Positions 1-9,483 of a stretch of 64,000 nt of DNA are shown piece after piece. The position numbers and the translations under genes are program-made. Position 1 is the stretch's first letter. Every line of letters starts with the position of its first letter. The DNA is taken from the NCBI GenBank assembly GCA_037141455.1, contig JBAXCN010000002.1:32641-96640 (forward strand), given 5' to 3'. This DNA comes from Bacteroidota bacterium (GTDB lineage Bacteria; Bacteroidota; Bacteroidia; UKL13-3). Below the pieces are notes generated by a model, which searched no databases, was not told where the DNA came from, and saw only the letters and a program-made list of their open reading frames with translations.

Positions 1-177
1 AAAGATGTGGACATGATAGTAAATACTACCAGTGCCAATGAAGCTGTTAAAGTTGCTAAGCAGTTATCTAAGTCAGGCGAATGTGTTTTACTTTCTCCTG
101 CTTGCGCTTCGTTCGATTTATTTAAAAATTACGAAGAGCGTGGAAGATTGTTTAAAAACGCGGTGAAGAATTTATAA
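1..177 (+). CDS. murD: UDP-N-acetylmuramoylalanine--D-glutamate ligase MurD, C-terminal fragment (the 5' end lies outside the window)
   Basis: In-frame translation ends ...[30 protein letters not shown], the conserved MurD C-terminus. It sits directly upstream of ftsW, as in the dcw cluster. Confidence 0.7.
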   Translation, partial: KDVDMIVNTTSANEAVKVAKQLSKSGECVLLSPACASFDLFKNYEERGRLFKNAVKNL

Positions 178-310
178 AAATTAATTTTTTTTTCATCAAG
201 TTTTTATAAAAATTTTGGCTTTTGGATGTCCTCACCATCCAGAAAATTATTGGTAATTTATACATTGGTTGGTGAGTTAAACCAACCGAGAAGTTTCCAA
301 ATAAAAAAAT

Positions 311-1510
311 ATGACTATAGCTCAATTTTTAAAACCCAAAGGCGACAAAGTAATGTGGTTCATCATTTTGATTTTATCATTATGGGGTCTGCTTGCGGTG
401 TATAGTTCTGTTAGTTGGTTGGCTTATAAAAATAAGAGCAGTACTTTTTTTTATCTTTTCCAACATGTTTTTTTTATTTTTTTAGGGTTTGTTATTATGT
501 TATATATTCATACCATTCATTATAAAAATTTTATGGGAATAGCTCGTTTTTTATTATATGCTTCCTATATTTTATTAGTTGCTACTATTTTATTTGGTGT
601 AACTATTAACGGTGCAAAACGATGGATTTCTTTTGGTGTTTTTACTTTTCAATCTTCCGATTTTTCAAAGGTTGCAATACTACTTTATACTATTAGAACT
701 TTAGCTAAATACAAAGATAATTTAGACGATGTTAAAAAAGTTATTTTACCATTGTTTGGCCATATAACTTTAACGTGTTTACTTATTGCAAAAGATAACT
801 TAAGCACTGCAGCAGTTTTATTTGCTACTTGTTTTTTAGTTGTGTTTTTAGGTAGAGTTAAAGTTTTAAATTTATTAAAAATAGGAGCATTTTATATTGC
901 AGCATGTTTACTATTTATTTCCTTTTTGGTTTTTGTACCACCAAGTCTAGTTAAAAATTTGGGTAGAGTTGGCACTTGGCAAATGCGAATAAAAACATTT
1001 GCTGGCAATAATAACAACGAGACCCAAGATAATTTTCAAGCTAATCATGCTAAAATAGCAATTGCAACTGGAGGTTTATTAGGCAAAGGTCCAGGACAAA
1101 GTGTAGAACGAAATTTTTTACCCGAAGCTTATGCCGATTTTATATATGCCATTATTATTGAAGAATATGGTTTAATTTTTGGTGTAATAATGTTGGTTTT
1201 TTATTTGTGGTTTATGTATCGTACTATCAATATTATTAGACAAGCTCCTAAAGCTTTTGGTGCATTAATTGCCGTTGGACTTTCATTTCAATTGGTATTG
1301 CAAGCACTAATAAATATGGCTGTTGCGGTAGGTTTATTTCCGGTTACTGGTTTAACATTGCCCTTAGTTAGTAAAGGTGGAACTTCCTTAGTTTTTACTT
1401 TTATAACTCTTGGTTTAATTATGAGTGTAAGTAGGCACATTGAATCTGAAAAATCAGAAGAAAATGATGAAGTTGCTCATTCAACAAACAATAATTTTAT
1501 AACAGTTTAA
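311..1510 (+). CDS. ftsW: Cell division / peptidoglycan polymerase FtsW (SEDS family)
   Basis: 399-aa polytopic membrane protein carrying SEDS motifs (FGVTINGAKRWI, GLLGKGPG, LPEAYADFIYAII). It is located between murD and murG. Confidence 0.85.
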   Translation: MTIAQFLKPKGDKVMWFIILILSLWGLLAVYSSVSWLAYKNKSSTFFYLFQHVFFIFLGFVIMLYIHTIHYKNFMGIARFLLYASYILLVATILFGVTINGAKRWISFGVFTFQSSDFSKVAILLYTIRTLAKYKDNLDDVKKVILPLFGHITLTCLLIAKDNLSTAAVLFATCFLVVFLGRVKVLNLLKIGAFYIAACLLFISFLVFVPPSLVKNLGRVGTWQMRIKTFAGNNNNETQDNFQANHAKIAIATGGLLGKGPGQSVERNFLPEAYADFIYAIIIEEYGLIFGVIMLVFYLWFMYRTINIIRQAPKAFGALIAVGLSFQLVLQALINMAVAVGLFPVTGLTLPLVSKGGTSLVFTFITLGLIMSVSRHIESEKSEENDEVAHSTNNNFITV

Positions 1511-1530
1511 TTGCTTTTAGTATTTTTAAG

Positions 1531-2682
1531 ATGAGTAAAATAAAAAAAATAATAATAAGTGCTGGTGGAACAGGAGGACATATTTATCCGGCCATTGCAG
1601 TAGCACAAGCTTTACAAAAGAGATTGAATAATAATGTTGAATTTTTATTTGTAGGAGCAAGCGATAGAATGGAAATGGAAAAAGTACCTAAAGCCGGGTT
1701 TAAAATTGTTGGCTTATGGATAAGTGGATTACAAAGAAGAATTACATATAAAAATATTTTATTTCCTTTTAAAGTTATTTCAAGTATTGCAAAATCGTTT
1801 GGTATTATAAATAACTTTAAACCCGATGTAGTTATTGGCTTTGGCGGTTATGCTAGTAGTGCAGTATTGTATGCAGCTTCTTTAAAAAAATTGCCCACTT
1901 TAATTCATGAACAAAATTCGTATGCGGGTATAACCAACAAAATTTTAAAGGATAAAGTAAACAGAATATGTGTGGCTTACGACCATATGGAAAAGTTCTT
2001 TCCTATAAATAAATTAGTTAAAACGGGTAATCCCATTCGTCAAGACTTATTAGATGTTTCAATTAAAAAGGAGCAAGCAATGTCGTTTTTTAACTTAGAT
2101 ATCAATAAGAAAACGATATTGGTAATAGGTGGAAGCCTTGGTGCACGAACCATTAACGAAAGTGTTTTTGAAGGATTGGATAAATTGAAAGAAGCCAACG
2201 TAAACCTAATTTGGCAAACAGGTAAAAACTTCGAATTAAATTCTAATAATAAAATTCTAAATTCGAAAAAAAGTATTAATTCTTTTGAAAACAATTCGAG
2301 TTTAGAATTTAGAATTTCGAATTTTCAAATTCGTGAATTCATATACGAGATGGATTTAGCTTATGCTGCTGCAGATGTAGTAATTTCAAGGGCTGGAGCA
2401 CTATCAATTGCTGAGTTAGCGCAAGTGTGTAAGCCCGTTATTTTAGTGCCTTCGCCAAATGTAGCCGAAGATCATCAAACAAAAAATGCTATGGCTTTAG
2501 TAAGTAAAAATGCTGCTATTTTGGTAAAAGACAATGAAGCTAAAATCAACTTGGTAAATGAAACTATTAAACTTGTAAATGATAAAGCTAAGCAAAAAGA
2601 ACTAATGAATAATATTAGCAGTTTTGCTTTGCCAAATGCTGCTGAATTAATTGTTGATGAAGTAATAAAACTAATGAATTAA
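1531..2682 (+). CDS. murG: Undecaprenyldiphospho-muramoylpentapeptide beta-N-acetylglucosaminyltransferase MurG
   Basis: N-terminal GGTGGHIYPAIAVA and C-terminal AAADVVISRAGALSIAELA motifs. There is a low-complexity in-frame insertion around nt 2219-2345. Confidence 0.9.
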   Translation: MSKIKKIIISAGGTGGHIYPAIAVAQALQKRLNNNVEFLFVGASDRMEMEKVPKAGFKIVGLWISGLQRRITYKNILFPFKVISSIAKSFGIINNFKPDVVIGFGGYASSAVLYAASLKKLPTLIHEQNSYAGITNKILKDKVNRICVAYDHMEKFFPINKLVKTGNPIRQDLLDVSIKKEQAMSFFNLDINKKTILVIGGSLGARTINESVFEGLDKLKEANVNLIWQTGKNFELNSNNKILNSKKSINSFENNSSLEFRISNFQIREFIYEMDLAYAAADVVISRAGALSIAELAQVCKPVILVPSPNVAEDHQTKNAMALVSKNAAILVKDNEAKINLVNETIKLVNDKAKQKELMNNISSFALPNAAELIVDEVIKLMN

Positions 2683-2684
2683 CG

Positions 2685-4091
2685 ATGGATTTAAACTACA
2701 TAAAAATAGCATACTTTTTAGGAATTGGTGGAATTGGCATGAGTGCCATTGCTCGTTATTTTAATCATTTAGGAATTAAAGTAATGGGTTACGATAAAAC
2801 TCCAACCAAACTAACCGATGAATTAATAAGCGAAGGAATTGATATTCATTTTGAAGATTTAGGAGAAAAAATTTCGAATTTCGAATTTCGAATTTCGAAT
2901 TTGTTGGTTATCTTAACTCCAGCAATTCCTGCTAACCATCAAGAATGGGCTTGGTTTAAAAGCAATGGTTATAACATTTTAAAACGCTCGCAAGTTTTAG
3001 GTTTAATAAGCCAAAATCACACAACTATTGGTGTAGCTGGAACACATGGCAAAACTACAACCTCTACTTTAATTGCACATATTTTAAAACAAAGCACAGT
3101 TGATTGTAGTGCATTTTTAGGTGGTATATCAACCAATTACAACACTAATCTTTTATTAGCAAATAGCGATTCTTCAACAAACATTCAACATCCAACATCC
3201 AATATTCAAAATTCTTTTGTTGTAATCGAAGCCGATGAATTTGACCGTTCGTTTTTAACCTTACATCCAACTATTGCTATCATTACTTCAACCGATGCTG
3301 ATCATTTGGATATTTATGGCGAACACAATGAATTAAAAAAATCGTTTTTAGATTATTCAAATAAGTTAGTAAAAGATGGTACATTAATTATTAAAAAAGA
3401 ACTTGATTTAATAAACGATTTATCGGTAAATTTTATTACATATTCTATTCAATCCGAAGCCGATGTTTATGCAAAAAATATTGAAATTATAAAAGGAGAA
3501 TATATTTTCGATTTAGTGTTTAAAGGAATTGAAATTAAACAATTACAACTAGGAATACCTGGATTACATAATGTTGAAAATGCTGTTGCTGCTTGTGCTG
3601 CTTGCTTATTAAGTGGCGTTACCGAATTAGAATTAAAAAATGCTTTATTAGGTTTTAAAGGCGTTAAACGTAGGTTTGAATATGTAATTAAAAACGAAAA
3701 TCAAATATATATTGATGATTATGCGCACCATCCCGAAGAGTTACGTGCAATAATTTCGTCAGTTAAAAATATGTTTCCGAAAAACGAAATTGTAGTAGCA
3801 TTTCAACCTCATTTATTTTCACGAACAAGAGATTTTGTTGATGGTTTTGCCGAAAGTTTATCATTGGCAAATGAAGTATACTTATTATCAATTTACCCTG
3901 CTCGCGAATTGCCAATTGAAGGCATTACTTCGAAAATTATTTTTGATAAAATTACCTGTACCAAGCATTTGGTTAGCAACGAGGAATTGTTAAATTCAAT
4001 AAAAAATAATAAACCAAAAGTATTTTTAACATTAGGCGCTGGAGATATAGATTTATTGATTAAACCAATTAAAGAAATACTTGAAAATTAG
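2685..4091 (+). CDS. murC: UDP-N-acetylmuramate--L-alanine ligase MurC
   Basis: Motifs GIGGIGMSAIA, GTHGKTTTS, EADEFDRSF and DDYAHHP. The gene contains an in-frame aatttcg x4 tandem repeat at 2872-2902. Confidence 0.9.
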   Translation: MDLNYIKIAYFLGIGGIGMSAIARYFNHLGIKVMGYDKTPTKLTDELISEGIDIHFEDLGEKISNFEFRISNLLVILTPAIPANHQEWAWFKSNGYNILKRSQVLGLISQNHTTIGVAGTHGKTTTSTLIAHILKQSTVDCSAFLGGISTNYNTNLLLANSDSSTNIQHPTSNIQNSFVVIEADEFDRSFLTLHPTIAIITSTDADHLDIYGEHNELKKSFLDYSNKLVKDGTLIIKKELDLINDLSVNFITYSIQSEADVYAKNIEIIKGEYIFDLVFKGIEIKQLQLGIPGLHNVENAVAACAACLLSGVTELELKNALLGFKGVKRRFEYVIKNENQIYIDDYAHHPEELRAIISSVKNMFPKNEIVVAFQPHLFSRTRDFVDGFAESLSLANEVYLLSIYPARELPIEGITSKIIFDKITCTKHLVSNEELLNSIKNNKPKVFLTLGAGDIDLLIKPIKEILEN

Positions 4092-4098
4092 TCAATAA

Positions 4099-4887
4099 AT
4101 GAAATGGATAAGTGAAAATAAAATAATTAAACTTAAAAAAATAGGCATTGTTTTTTTATGGGTTCTGCTTTGTAGCGGATTAATTATTTTAATTTCAATT
4201 GCCAATAACGAAGAAAAAGAACTAGTTACTAAAAAAGTTATCATTCAAATTTATCCTGAATATATTGAGTTTTTAAACCGAAAAAAAGTAATAAAAACCA
4301 TTACCAATAATGGAAATATAAACGACTTAACAAGTAAAAAAATAACAGACTTAAATACAAGCGGTTTAGAAAAAGAATTAACTAAAAATAATTTTATTGA
4401 AGATGCTAAAGTTTACAACGATTTAAACGGAAATGTTTATATCAAATTAGTTCAAAGAGAACCAGTTTTAAGAATTTACAGAGGCAATGGTGTAAATTAT
4501 TACATTGATAAATATGGGGTAAAGTTTCAAACATCCGATGATTTTACTGCACATGTTCCAATTGCCAACGGCAATATTTTTGAAAGGTTTAATCCTGGAG
4601 ATACAGTGTATAGTTTTGTAGCAAGTGAACTACTGAAAATAGCCTCTTATGTTGATAAACAAATGTTTTGGAAGGCACAGATAGAACAGATATTTGTAAC
4701 AAGGGATAATGAGTTTATATTAATTCCAAAAATAGGCAATCACAAAATACTTTTAGGTGATGCCAATGACTTGGAAATAAAGTTTGATAAGTTGTTTGTT
4801 TTTTATAAAGAAGGTTTAAGTAGAGTGGGCTGGAATAAATATGCAACAATTGATATCAGGTTTGACAAACAAGTTGTATGTAAATAA
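4099..4887 (+). CDS. ftsQ: Cell division protein FtsQ (POTRA-containing)
   Basis: 262 aa with an N-terminal TM anchor. Position between murC and ftsA is the classical location. Confidence 0.7.
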   Translation: MKWISENKIIKLKKIGIVFLWVLLCSGLIILISIANNEEKELVTKKVIIQIYPEYIEFLNRKKVIKTITNNGNINDLTSKKITDLNTSGLEKELTKNNFIEDAKVYNDLNGNVYIKLVQREPVLRIYRGNGVNYYIDKYGVKFQTSDDFTAHVPIANGNIFERFNPGDTVYSFVASELLKIASYVDKQMFWKAQIEQIFVTRDNEFILIPKIGNHKILLGDANDLEIKFDKLFVFYKEGLSRVGWNKYATIDIRFDKQVVCK

Positions 4888-4916
4888 AAAAAGAATTTTT
4901 TCAAAAAAATAACAAA

Positions 4917-6239
4917 ATGCAAGTTCAAGAATTAAAAATTGTAGTAGGCTTAGATATTGGAACAACCAAAGTTTGTGCTATTGTTGGTACTAAAAACGAA
5001 CATGGTAAAATAGATATTTTGGGTATGGGTAAAGCAGAAAGTCTTGGCGTTATTAGAGGCGAAGTACGCAATATTGATAAAACTGTAAAAGCAATTGTTG
5101 AAGCCATTGAAAAAGCAAAAGAAAGTGTAAGCAAAAATCCTAATTCTAAAATTAGCAGAATCGATATTTCATCGGTTCATGTTGGTATTGCAGGGCAACA
5201 TATAAAAAGTTTACAACATAAAAATAGCATTAGTCGCACCAATACCGATGATGAAATTACCCGCGAAGATGTAGAGCGTTTAATAAAAGATACCCATAAT
5301 TTAGCATTGCCTCCAGGCGATAAAATTATTCATGTTTTACCACAAGAATTTACAGTTGATGATATAGTGGATGTTACAGAACCAATAGGTATGACAGGCA
5401 TTCGTTTATCGAGCAATTTTCATATTATAACTGGTCATATTGAAGCTATAAAAAACATTAATAAATCGGTTGTAAGAGCAAATTTAACTGTAGCAGGTTT
5501 AATTTTAGAACCAATTTCAAGTGCTGATGCAGTTTTGGCTTATGAGGAAATGGAAGCGGGTGTGTGCTTAGTTGATATTGGTGGTGGAACTACCGATGTT
5601 GCTATTTTTAAAAATGGCATTATTCGCCATACTGCTGTTATTCCTTTTGGAGGAAATATCATTACTGAAGACATAACCGAAGGCTGTCAAGTATTACGTA
5701 ACCAAGCAGAGTTATTAAAAACAAAATTTGGTTCAGCATTGGCCGAAGAAAATAAAGAAAACGAATTGGTTTCAATTCCAAGTTTTAGAGGAAGAGCACC
5801 AAAAGAAGTTTCATTAAAAAATTTAGCATTGGTTATACAAGCGCGTGTTGAAGAAATTTTTGAAGAAGTATTGTTTCAAATAAAATCATCGGGTTTAGAG
5901 AAAAAGTTAAATGCTGGTATAGTAATTACTGGTGGTGGTTCTCAATTAAAACATTTAACCATGTTGGTAGAGCTAGTTACTGGAATGGATGCTAGAATTG
6001 GTTATGCCAATGAGCATTTAGGAAAAACACATATTGAAGATATTAAAAGCCCAATGTATGCTACAGCAGTGGGTTTGGTAATTAAAGGTTTTGAAAACGA
6101 AAACTCTTTAAATGAATTAAAAGAAGAAAACGAACCTGAAAATAAAAAATCATCGAAATCAACCAAAGGGATTTTTAGAGGATTAGTAGAAAAATATAAT
6201 AACTGGATGTTCAATGACGAAGATATGAAAGATTTTTAA
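4917..6239 (+). CDS. ftsA: Cell division protein FtsA (actin-like ATPase)
   Basis: VGLDIGTTKVCAIVG N-terminus and a DIGGGTTDVAIF phosphate-2 motif. It lies immediately upstream of ftsZ. Confidence 0.9.
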   Translation: MQVQELKIVVGLDIGTTKVCAIVGTKNEHGKIDILGMGKAESLGVIRGEVRNIDKTVKAIVEAIEKAKESVSKNPNSKISRIDISSVHVGIAGQHIKSLQHKNSISRTNTDDEITREDVERLIKDTHNLALPPGDKIIHVLPQEFTVDDIVDVTEPIGMTGIRLSSNFHIITGHIEAIKNINKSVVRANLTVAGLILEPISSADAVLAYEEMEAGVCLVDIGGGTTDVAIFKNGIIRHTAVIPFGGNIITEDITEGCQVLRNQAELLKTKFGSALAEENKENELVSIPSFRGRAPKEVSLKNLALVIQARVEEIFEEVLFQIKSSGLEKKLNAGIVITGGGSQLKHLTMLVELVTGMDARIGYANEHLGKTHIEDIKSPMYATAVGLVIKGFENENSLNELKEENEPENKKSSKSTKGIFRGLVEKYNNWMFNDEDMKDF

Positions 6240-6311
6240 AGTCTTTTTATCAAAATAAATAAGAAAACAAGCTGAAAATATTTTTTAATTTTTAGCACAA
6301 TAAATACCACA

Positions 6312-8000
6312 ATGGAATCAAAAATGAGATTTAATTTACCTAAAGAAAAATCATCTATTATAAAAGTTATAGGTGTTGGTGGAGGAGGAGGAAATGCAGT
6401 TAACCATATGCACGACCAAGGAATAAAGGGTGTTGATTTTATAATATGTAATACCGATTTACAAGCTTTGGAAGCAAGTCCAATTGTTAATAAAATTCAA
6501 TTGGGTGCTAGCTTAACCCAAGGTTTAGGTGCAGGTGCTAATCCCGAAGTAGGTAAAAAAGCAGCAATGGAAGCCATTGAAGATATTATTGACATGCTTG
6601 GTGTAAATACTAAAATGTTATTTATAACTGCTGGTATGGGTGGTGGAACCGGAACTGGTGCTGCTCCAATTATTGCTAAAACAGCAAGAGAAATGGATAT
6701 TTTAACTGTAGGCATTGTTACTACTCCATTTAATTTTGAAGGTAAAAAAAGAAAAACTTTTGCCGATGAAGGGTTAGAAAATTTAAAGCGTTCTGTTGAT
6801 TGTTTGCTAATTATTAGCAACGATAAAATTAAAGAAATGTATGGCAACTTGGCTTTACGCGAAGCATTTGGTTATGCCAACAATATTTTAACAACTGCAG
6901 CAAAAGGTATTGCTGAAATAATTACACAACCGGGTTACATAAATGTTGATTTTGAAGATGTAAAAACGGTTATGAAACAAAGCGGTGTTGCTTTAATGGG
7001 CAGTGCAATGGCTGAAGGGGAAGACAGAGCAATAATGGCTGTAAAAGGTGCACTTGCATCTCCTTTATTAAACGATAACCAAATTGTTGGAGCTAAAAAT
7101 ATTTTATTAAATATTTCATTTGGAACCGAAGAATTATTAATGGAGGAATTTGATCAAATTTCATCTTATATTCAGCAGGAAAGTGGCTTAACAGCAGAAC
7201 TAATTTTGGGAACCAGTTACGATGAAAATTTAGGTTCAAAAATCTCTGTAACATTAATAGCTACTGGTTTTGAAAGCAAGCCACTTGAAAATAAAATTAT
7301 AGTTGGAACTACTGCAACTTTCGAAGAAAATAAAAATATTGTGGTAACTAATTCATTAAATAATGAAACTAATTCCGTTGTTGATATAAAGCCTGTTATC
7401 GATAATGTAAATAGTAATTTTACCAACAAAACAAATATTACAATTGAAACCAATATTGACAAACCAATAATTATTAATTTATTGGATAATGAAGAAGCAG
7501 AATTAGCAAATGATATTAAGAATGAATTGGGTTTTGAACTTAAAGTAGATGCAATAAAAGAAGAAGAAATTATAGATAGTAGCAATATAAATATTCAAAT
7601 TGAAGAGTCGTTTTTAAAGATGGAGAGCAAAGAAATAGAGGAAGAAATAATTTACAATTACTCTCAAACTAAAGTAAAGGAATACGACAATGCAATAATT
7701 CCTAAAATGCATCAATTGAATGAAGACATAGAAATGGAAAATTCAGAACAAGAAAAAAAAATTGAACGCCAAATTCAACGCATTAAAGAGTTGAAAAATT
7801 TAAATATAACTATAAATAATCCTCAAGGGTTGCGCGATTTAGAAAAAGAGCCAGCTTATTTAAGACGAAATAAAAAATTGGATGATGTGCCACATAGTTC
7901 GGAACAAAAAATTTCTCGCTTAAGCCTTTTTGAAGATTCAAACAGTGGACGTTCTGAAATAAAAACCAACAATTCTTTTTTACACGATAATGTAGATTAA
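6312..8000 (+). CDS. ftsZ: Cell division GTPase FtsZ with long acidic/low-complexity C-terminal linker
   Basis: Tubulin signature GGGTGTG, VIGVGGGGGNAVNHM and a NTDLQAL T7-loop region. The 562-aa length is explained by a long E/K/N-rich C-terminal extension. Confidence 0.92.
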   Translation: MESKMRFNLPKEKSSIIKVIGVGGGGGNAVNHMHDQGIKGVDFIICNTDLQALEASPIVNKIQLGASLTQGLGAGANPEVGKKAAMEAIEDIIDMLGVNTKMLFITAGMGGGTGTGAAPIIAKTAREMDILTVGIVTTPFNFEGKKRKTFADEGLENLKRSVDCLLIISNDKIKEMYGNLALREAFGYANNILTTAAKGIAEIITQPGYINVDFEDVKTVMKQSGVALMGSAMAEGEDRAIMAVKGALASPLLNDNQIVGAKNILLNISFGTEELLMEEFDQISSYIQQESGLTAELILGTSYDENLGSKISVTLIATGFESKPLENKIIVGTTATFEENKNIVVTNSLNNETNSVVDIKPVIDNVNSNFTNKTNITIETNIDKPIIINLLDNEEAELANDIKNELGFELKVDAIKEEEIIDSSNINIQIEESFLKMESKEIEEEIIYNYSQTKVKEYDNAIIPKMHQLNEDIEMENSEQEKKIERQIQRIKELKNLNITINNPQGLRDLEKEPAYLRRNKKLDDVPHSSEQKISRLSLFEDSNSGRSEIKTNNSFLHDNVD

Positions 8001-8020
8001 TTGAATAGGTATAATATTTA

Positions 8021-8058
8021 AAAAGCCCATTACAATTTTTTGTTTGGGCTTTTTTTAT
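8021..8058 (+). terminator. Rho-independent terminator after ftsZ
   Basis: Hairpin agccca...tgggct followed by a T tract (ttttttt). Confidence 0.6.
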
Positions 8059-8139
8059 TTATAATAGATTTTAATGTATTTTTTTTATATTCACGTTCAT
8101 AAAAAAAATATAAATTATAAAACAAAAAAGTAGTGCTAG

Positions 8140-8672
8140 TTACATGCACAACTGGTGAACTTGGATTGCTATGTGCAAAAAATTATATGGCGATGTATCG
8201 GATTTTGAATCGTGTGGAAGTATGATTGAAAAAATTACTGCGAAAATTGGACCCATTGAAATTATAGTTAACAATGCAGGCATAACGCGTGATGGAGGAA
8301 TTATAAAAATGACTTACGAAAATTGAAGAGCAGTAATAAGTACTAACCTTGACAGTGTTTTTAATTGCACCCGTCATGTTATAAACAGCATGATTGATAA
8401 TGGTTGGGGAAGAGTAATTAATATTTCATCTGTAAATGGATAAAGAGGGCAATTTGGGCAAGCCAACTACTCGGCTACCAAAGCAGGAGTGCATGATTTT
8501 ACCAAAACATTGGCAATAGAAGTGGCCAACAAAGGTGTTACCGTAAATACCAGTTGGCAGGTTAGGTGAAACCGATGAGGTAGCGCATTTAGGTTCCTTT
8601 TTAGCATCTAATATAGTAAGTTTTATAACTGTAGCCAACCTAAGTTTAAACGGTGGGCAGCATGTTTATTAA
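8140..8672 (+). pseudogene. Decayed fragment of an acetoacetyl-CoA reductase / 3-oxoacyl-ACP reductase (PhaB/FabG-like SDR)
   Basis: The translation retains the SDR core IVNNAGITRD...[43 protein letters not shown]. In-frame TGA occurs where Trp is conserved and TAA where Gln is conserved. The N-terminal Rossmann GxxxGxG is missing. An internal deletion and frame shift precede the conserved C-terminal tail RLGETDEVAHLGSFLASNI...LNGGQ. Confidence 0.75.
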
Positions 8673-8689
8673 GTACTGAAGTTAAATGT

Positions 8690-8884
8690 TTATTTTTTTT
8701 TGTAGTTCTTGAAAATCGGATTAACAAAAATATCATACATCAAAAAAGCAACCAAGATTATCACTAAAGTAAAATTCCAATATTCGTTTAATAGTGCAGA
8801 TTTTGATTTAAACACACTGAATAATAGAGCAAAAATAGCACAAATCATTACTATTAAGTTTTTTGGAATAAAAAGGTTTTTCAT
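8690..8884 (-). CDS. Small hypothetical membrane protein (2 predicted TM helices)
   Basis: 64-aa ORF co-directional with tadA and hydrophobic. No recognisable domain. Confidence 0.25.
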   Translation of the reverse strand: MKNLFIPKNLIVMICAIFALLFSVFKSKSALLNEYWNFTLVIILVAFLMYDIFVNPIFKNYKKK

Positions 8885-8917
8885 GCAATAATTTTTTTTA
8901 AACGAAAATAATAAAAC

Positions 8918-9358
8918 CTACCTCAATTCTTTAAAAAAATCTTTCAATAATAAAGCACATTCATTTTCTAAAACGCCTTTTACTATTTCGGTTTTAGGAT
9001 GCAGTTTATTTCCAGCTTGTAAAAAGCCTCTTTTTTCATCGCTGGCACCGTAAACTACTTTGCCTATTTGGCTCCAAAACAAAGCTCCTCCACACATTAC
9101 GCAAGGTTCTAAGGTTACATAAAGGGTGCATTCGTTTAAGTATTTTGCTCCTAAATAATTGGCTGCAGCAGTAATAGCTTGCATTTCTGCATGAGCTGTT
9201 ACATCATTTAACATTTCGGTTAGGTTATAACCTTTTCCTATTACTTTATTTTCGCAAACTATAACTGCTCCAACTGGCACTTCTCCTTCATCATAAGCTT
9301 TTTGTGCTTCTTTTAAGGCCAGTTTCATAAAATATTCATCGGTAAATATATTTTCCAT
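8918..9358 (-). CDS. tadA: tRNA-specific adenosine deaminase TadA (CDA-fold zinc deaminase)
   Basis: HAEMQAI...TLEPCVMCGGA zinc-binding signature. 146 aa. Confidence 0.85.
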   Translation of the reverse strand: MENIFTDEYFMKLALKEAQKAYDEGEVPVGAVIVCENKVIGKGYNLTEMLNDVTAHAEMQAITAAANYLGAKYLNECTLYVTLEPCVMCGGALFWSQIGKVVYGASDEKRGFLQAGNKLHPKTEIVKGVLENECALLLKDFFKELR

Positions 9359-9483
9359 TACAGGTGCAATTTATTTTTTTAAATGTTTTAAAATGAAATT
9401 TAAAACTATTCACAATTTAATAATAACTATTCAATAATTAAAAAAATATTTTTAATATATTGCTTATTCAATTTTAATATGAA

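Noticed and set aside
2040-2294. Numerous 60-210-aa ORFs antisense to or embedded in conserved genes. Examples: 2040-2294, 4925-5134, 6497-6847, 7217-7585, 9557-9805, 12501-13040, 18501-18938, 19956-20597, 27509-27835, 58742-59194
   Set aside because: They lie wholly inside strongly supported CDSs on the other strand or frame. They have low-complexity composition and no motifs, and are typical spurious ORFs of an AT-rich genome.
8300-8470. In-frame TGA at a conserved Trp and TAA at a conserved Gln in the SDR fragment, which could suggest stop-codon reassignment
   Set aside because: All long conserved genes in the window are free of internal TGA/TAA and terminate on them. The fragment also lacks its N-terminus and has a deletion and frameshift. 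Ordinary pseudogene decay (G>A, C>T transitions) explains it.
8183-8638. Minus-strand ORFs 8183-8377 and 8426-8638
   Set aside because: They are antisense to the phaB-like pseudogene, whose + strand frame carries the real homology.
8709-8891. Plus-strand 60-aa ORF overlapping the minus-strand small membrane ORF
   Set aside because: There is complete overlap. The minus-strand ORF is co-directional with tadA and hydrophobic, so it was preferred, still with low confidence.
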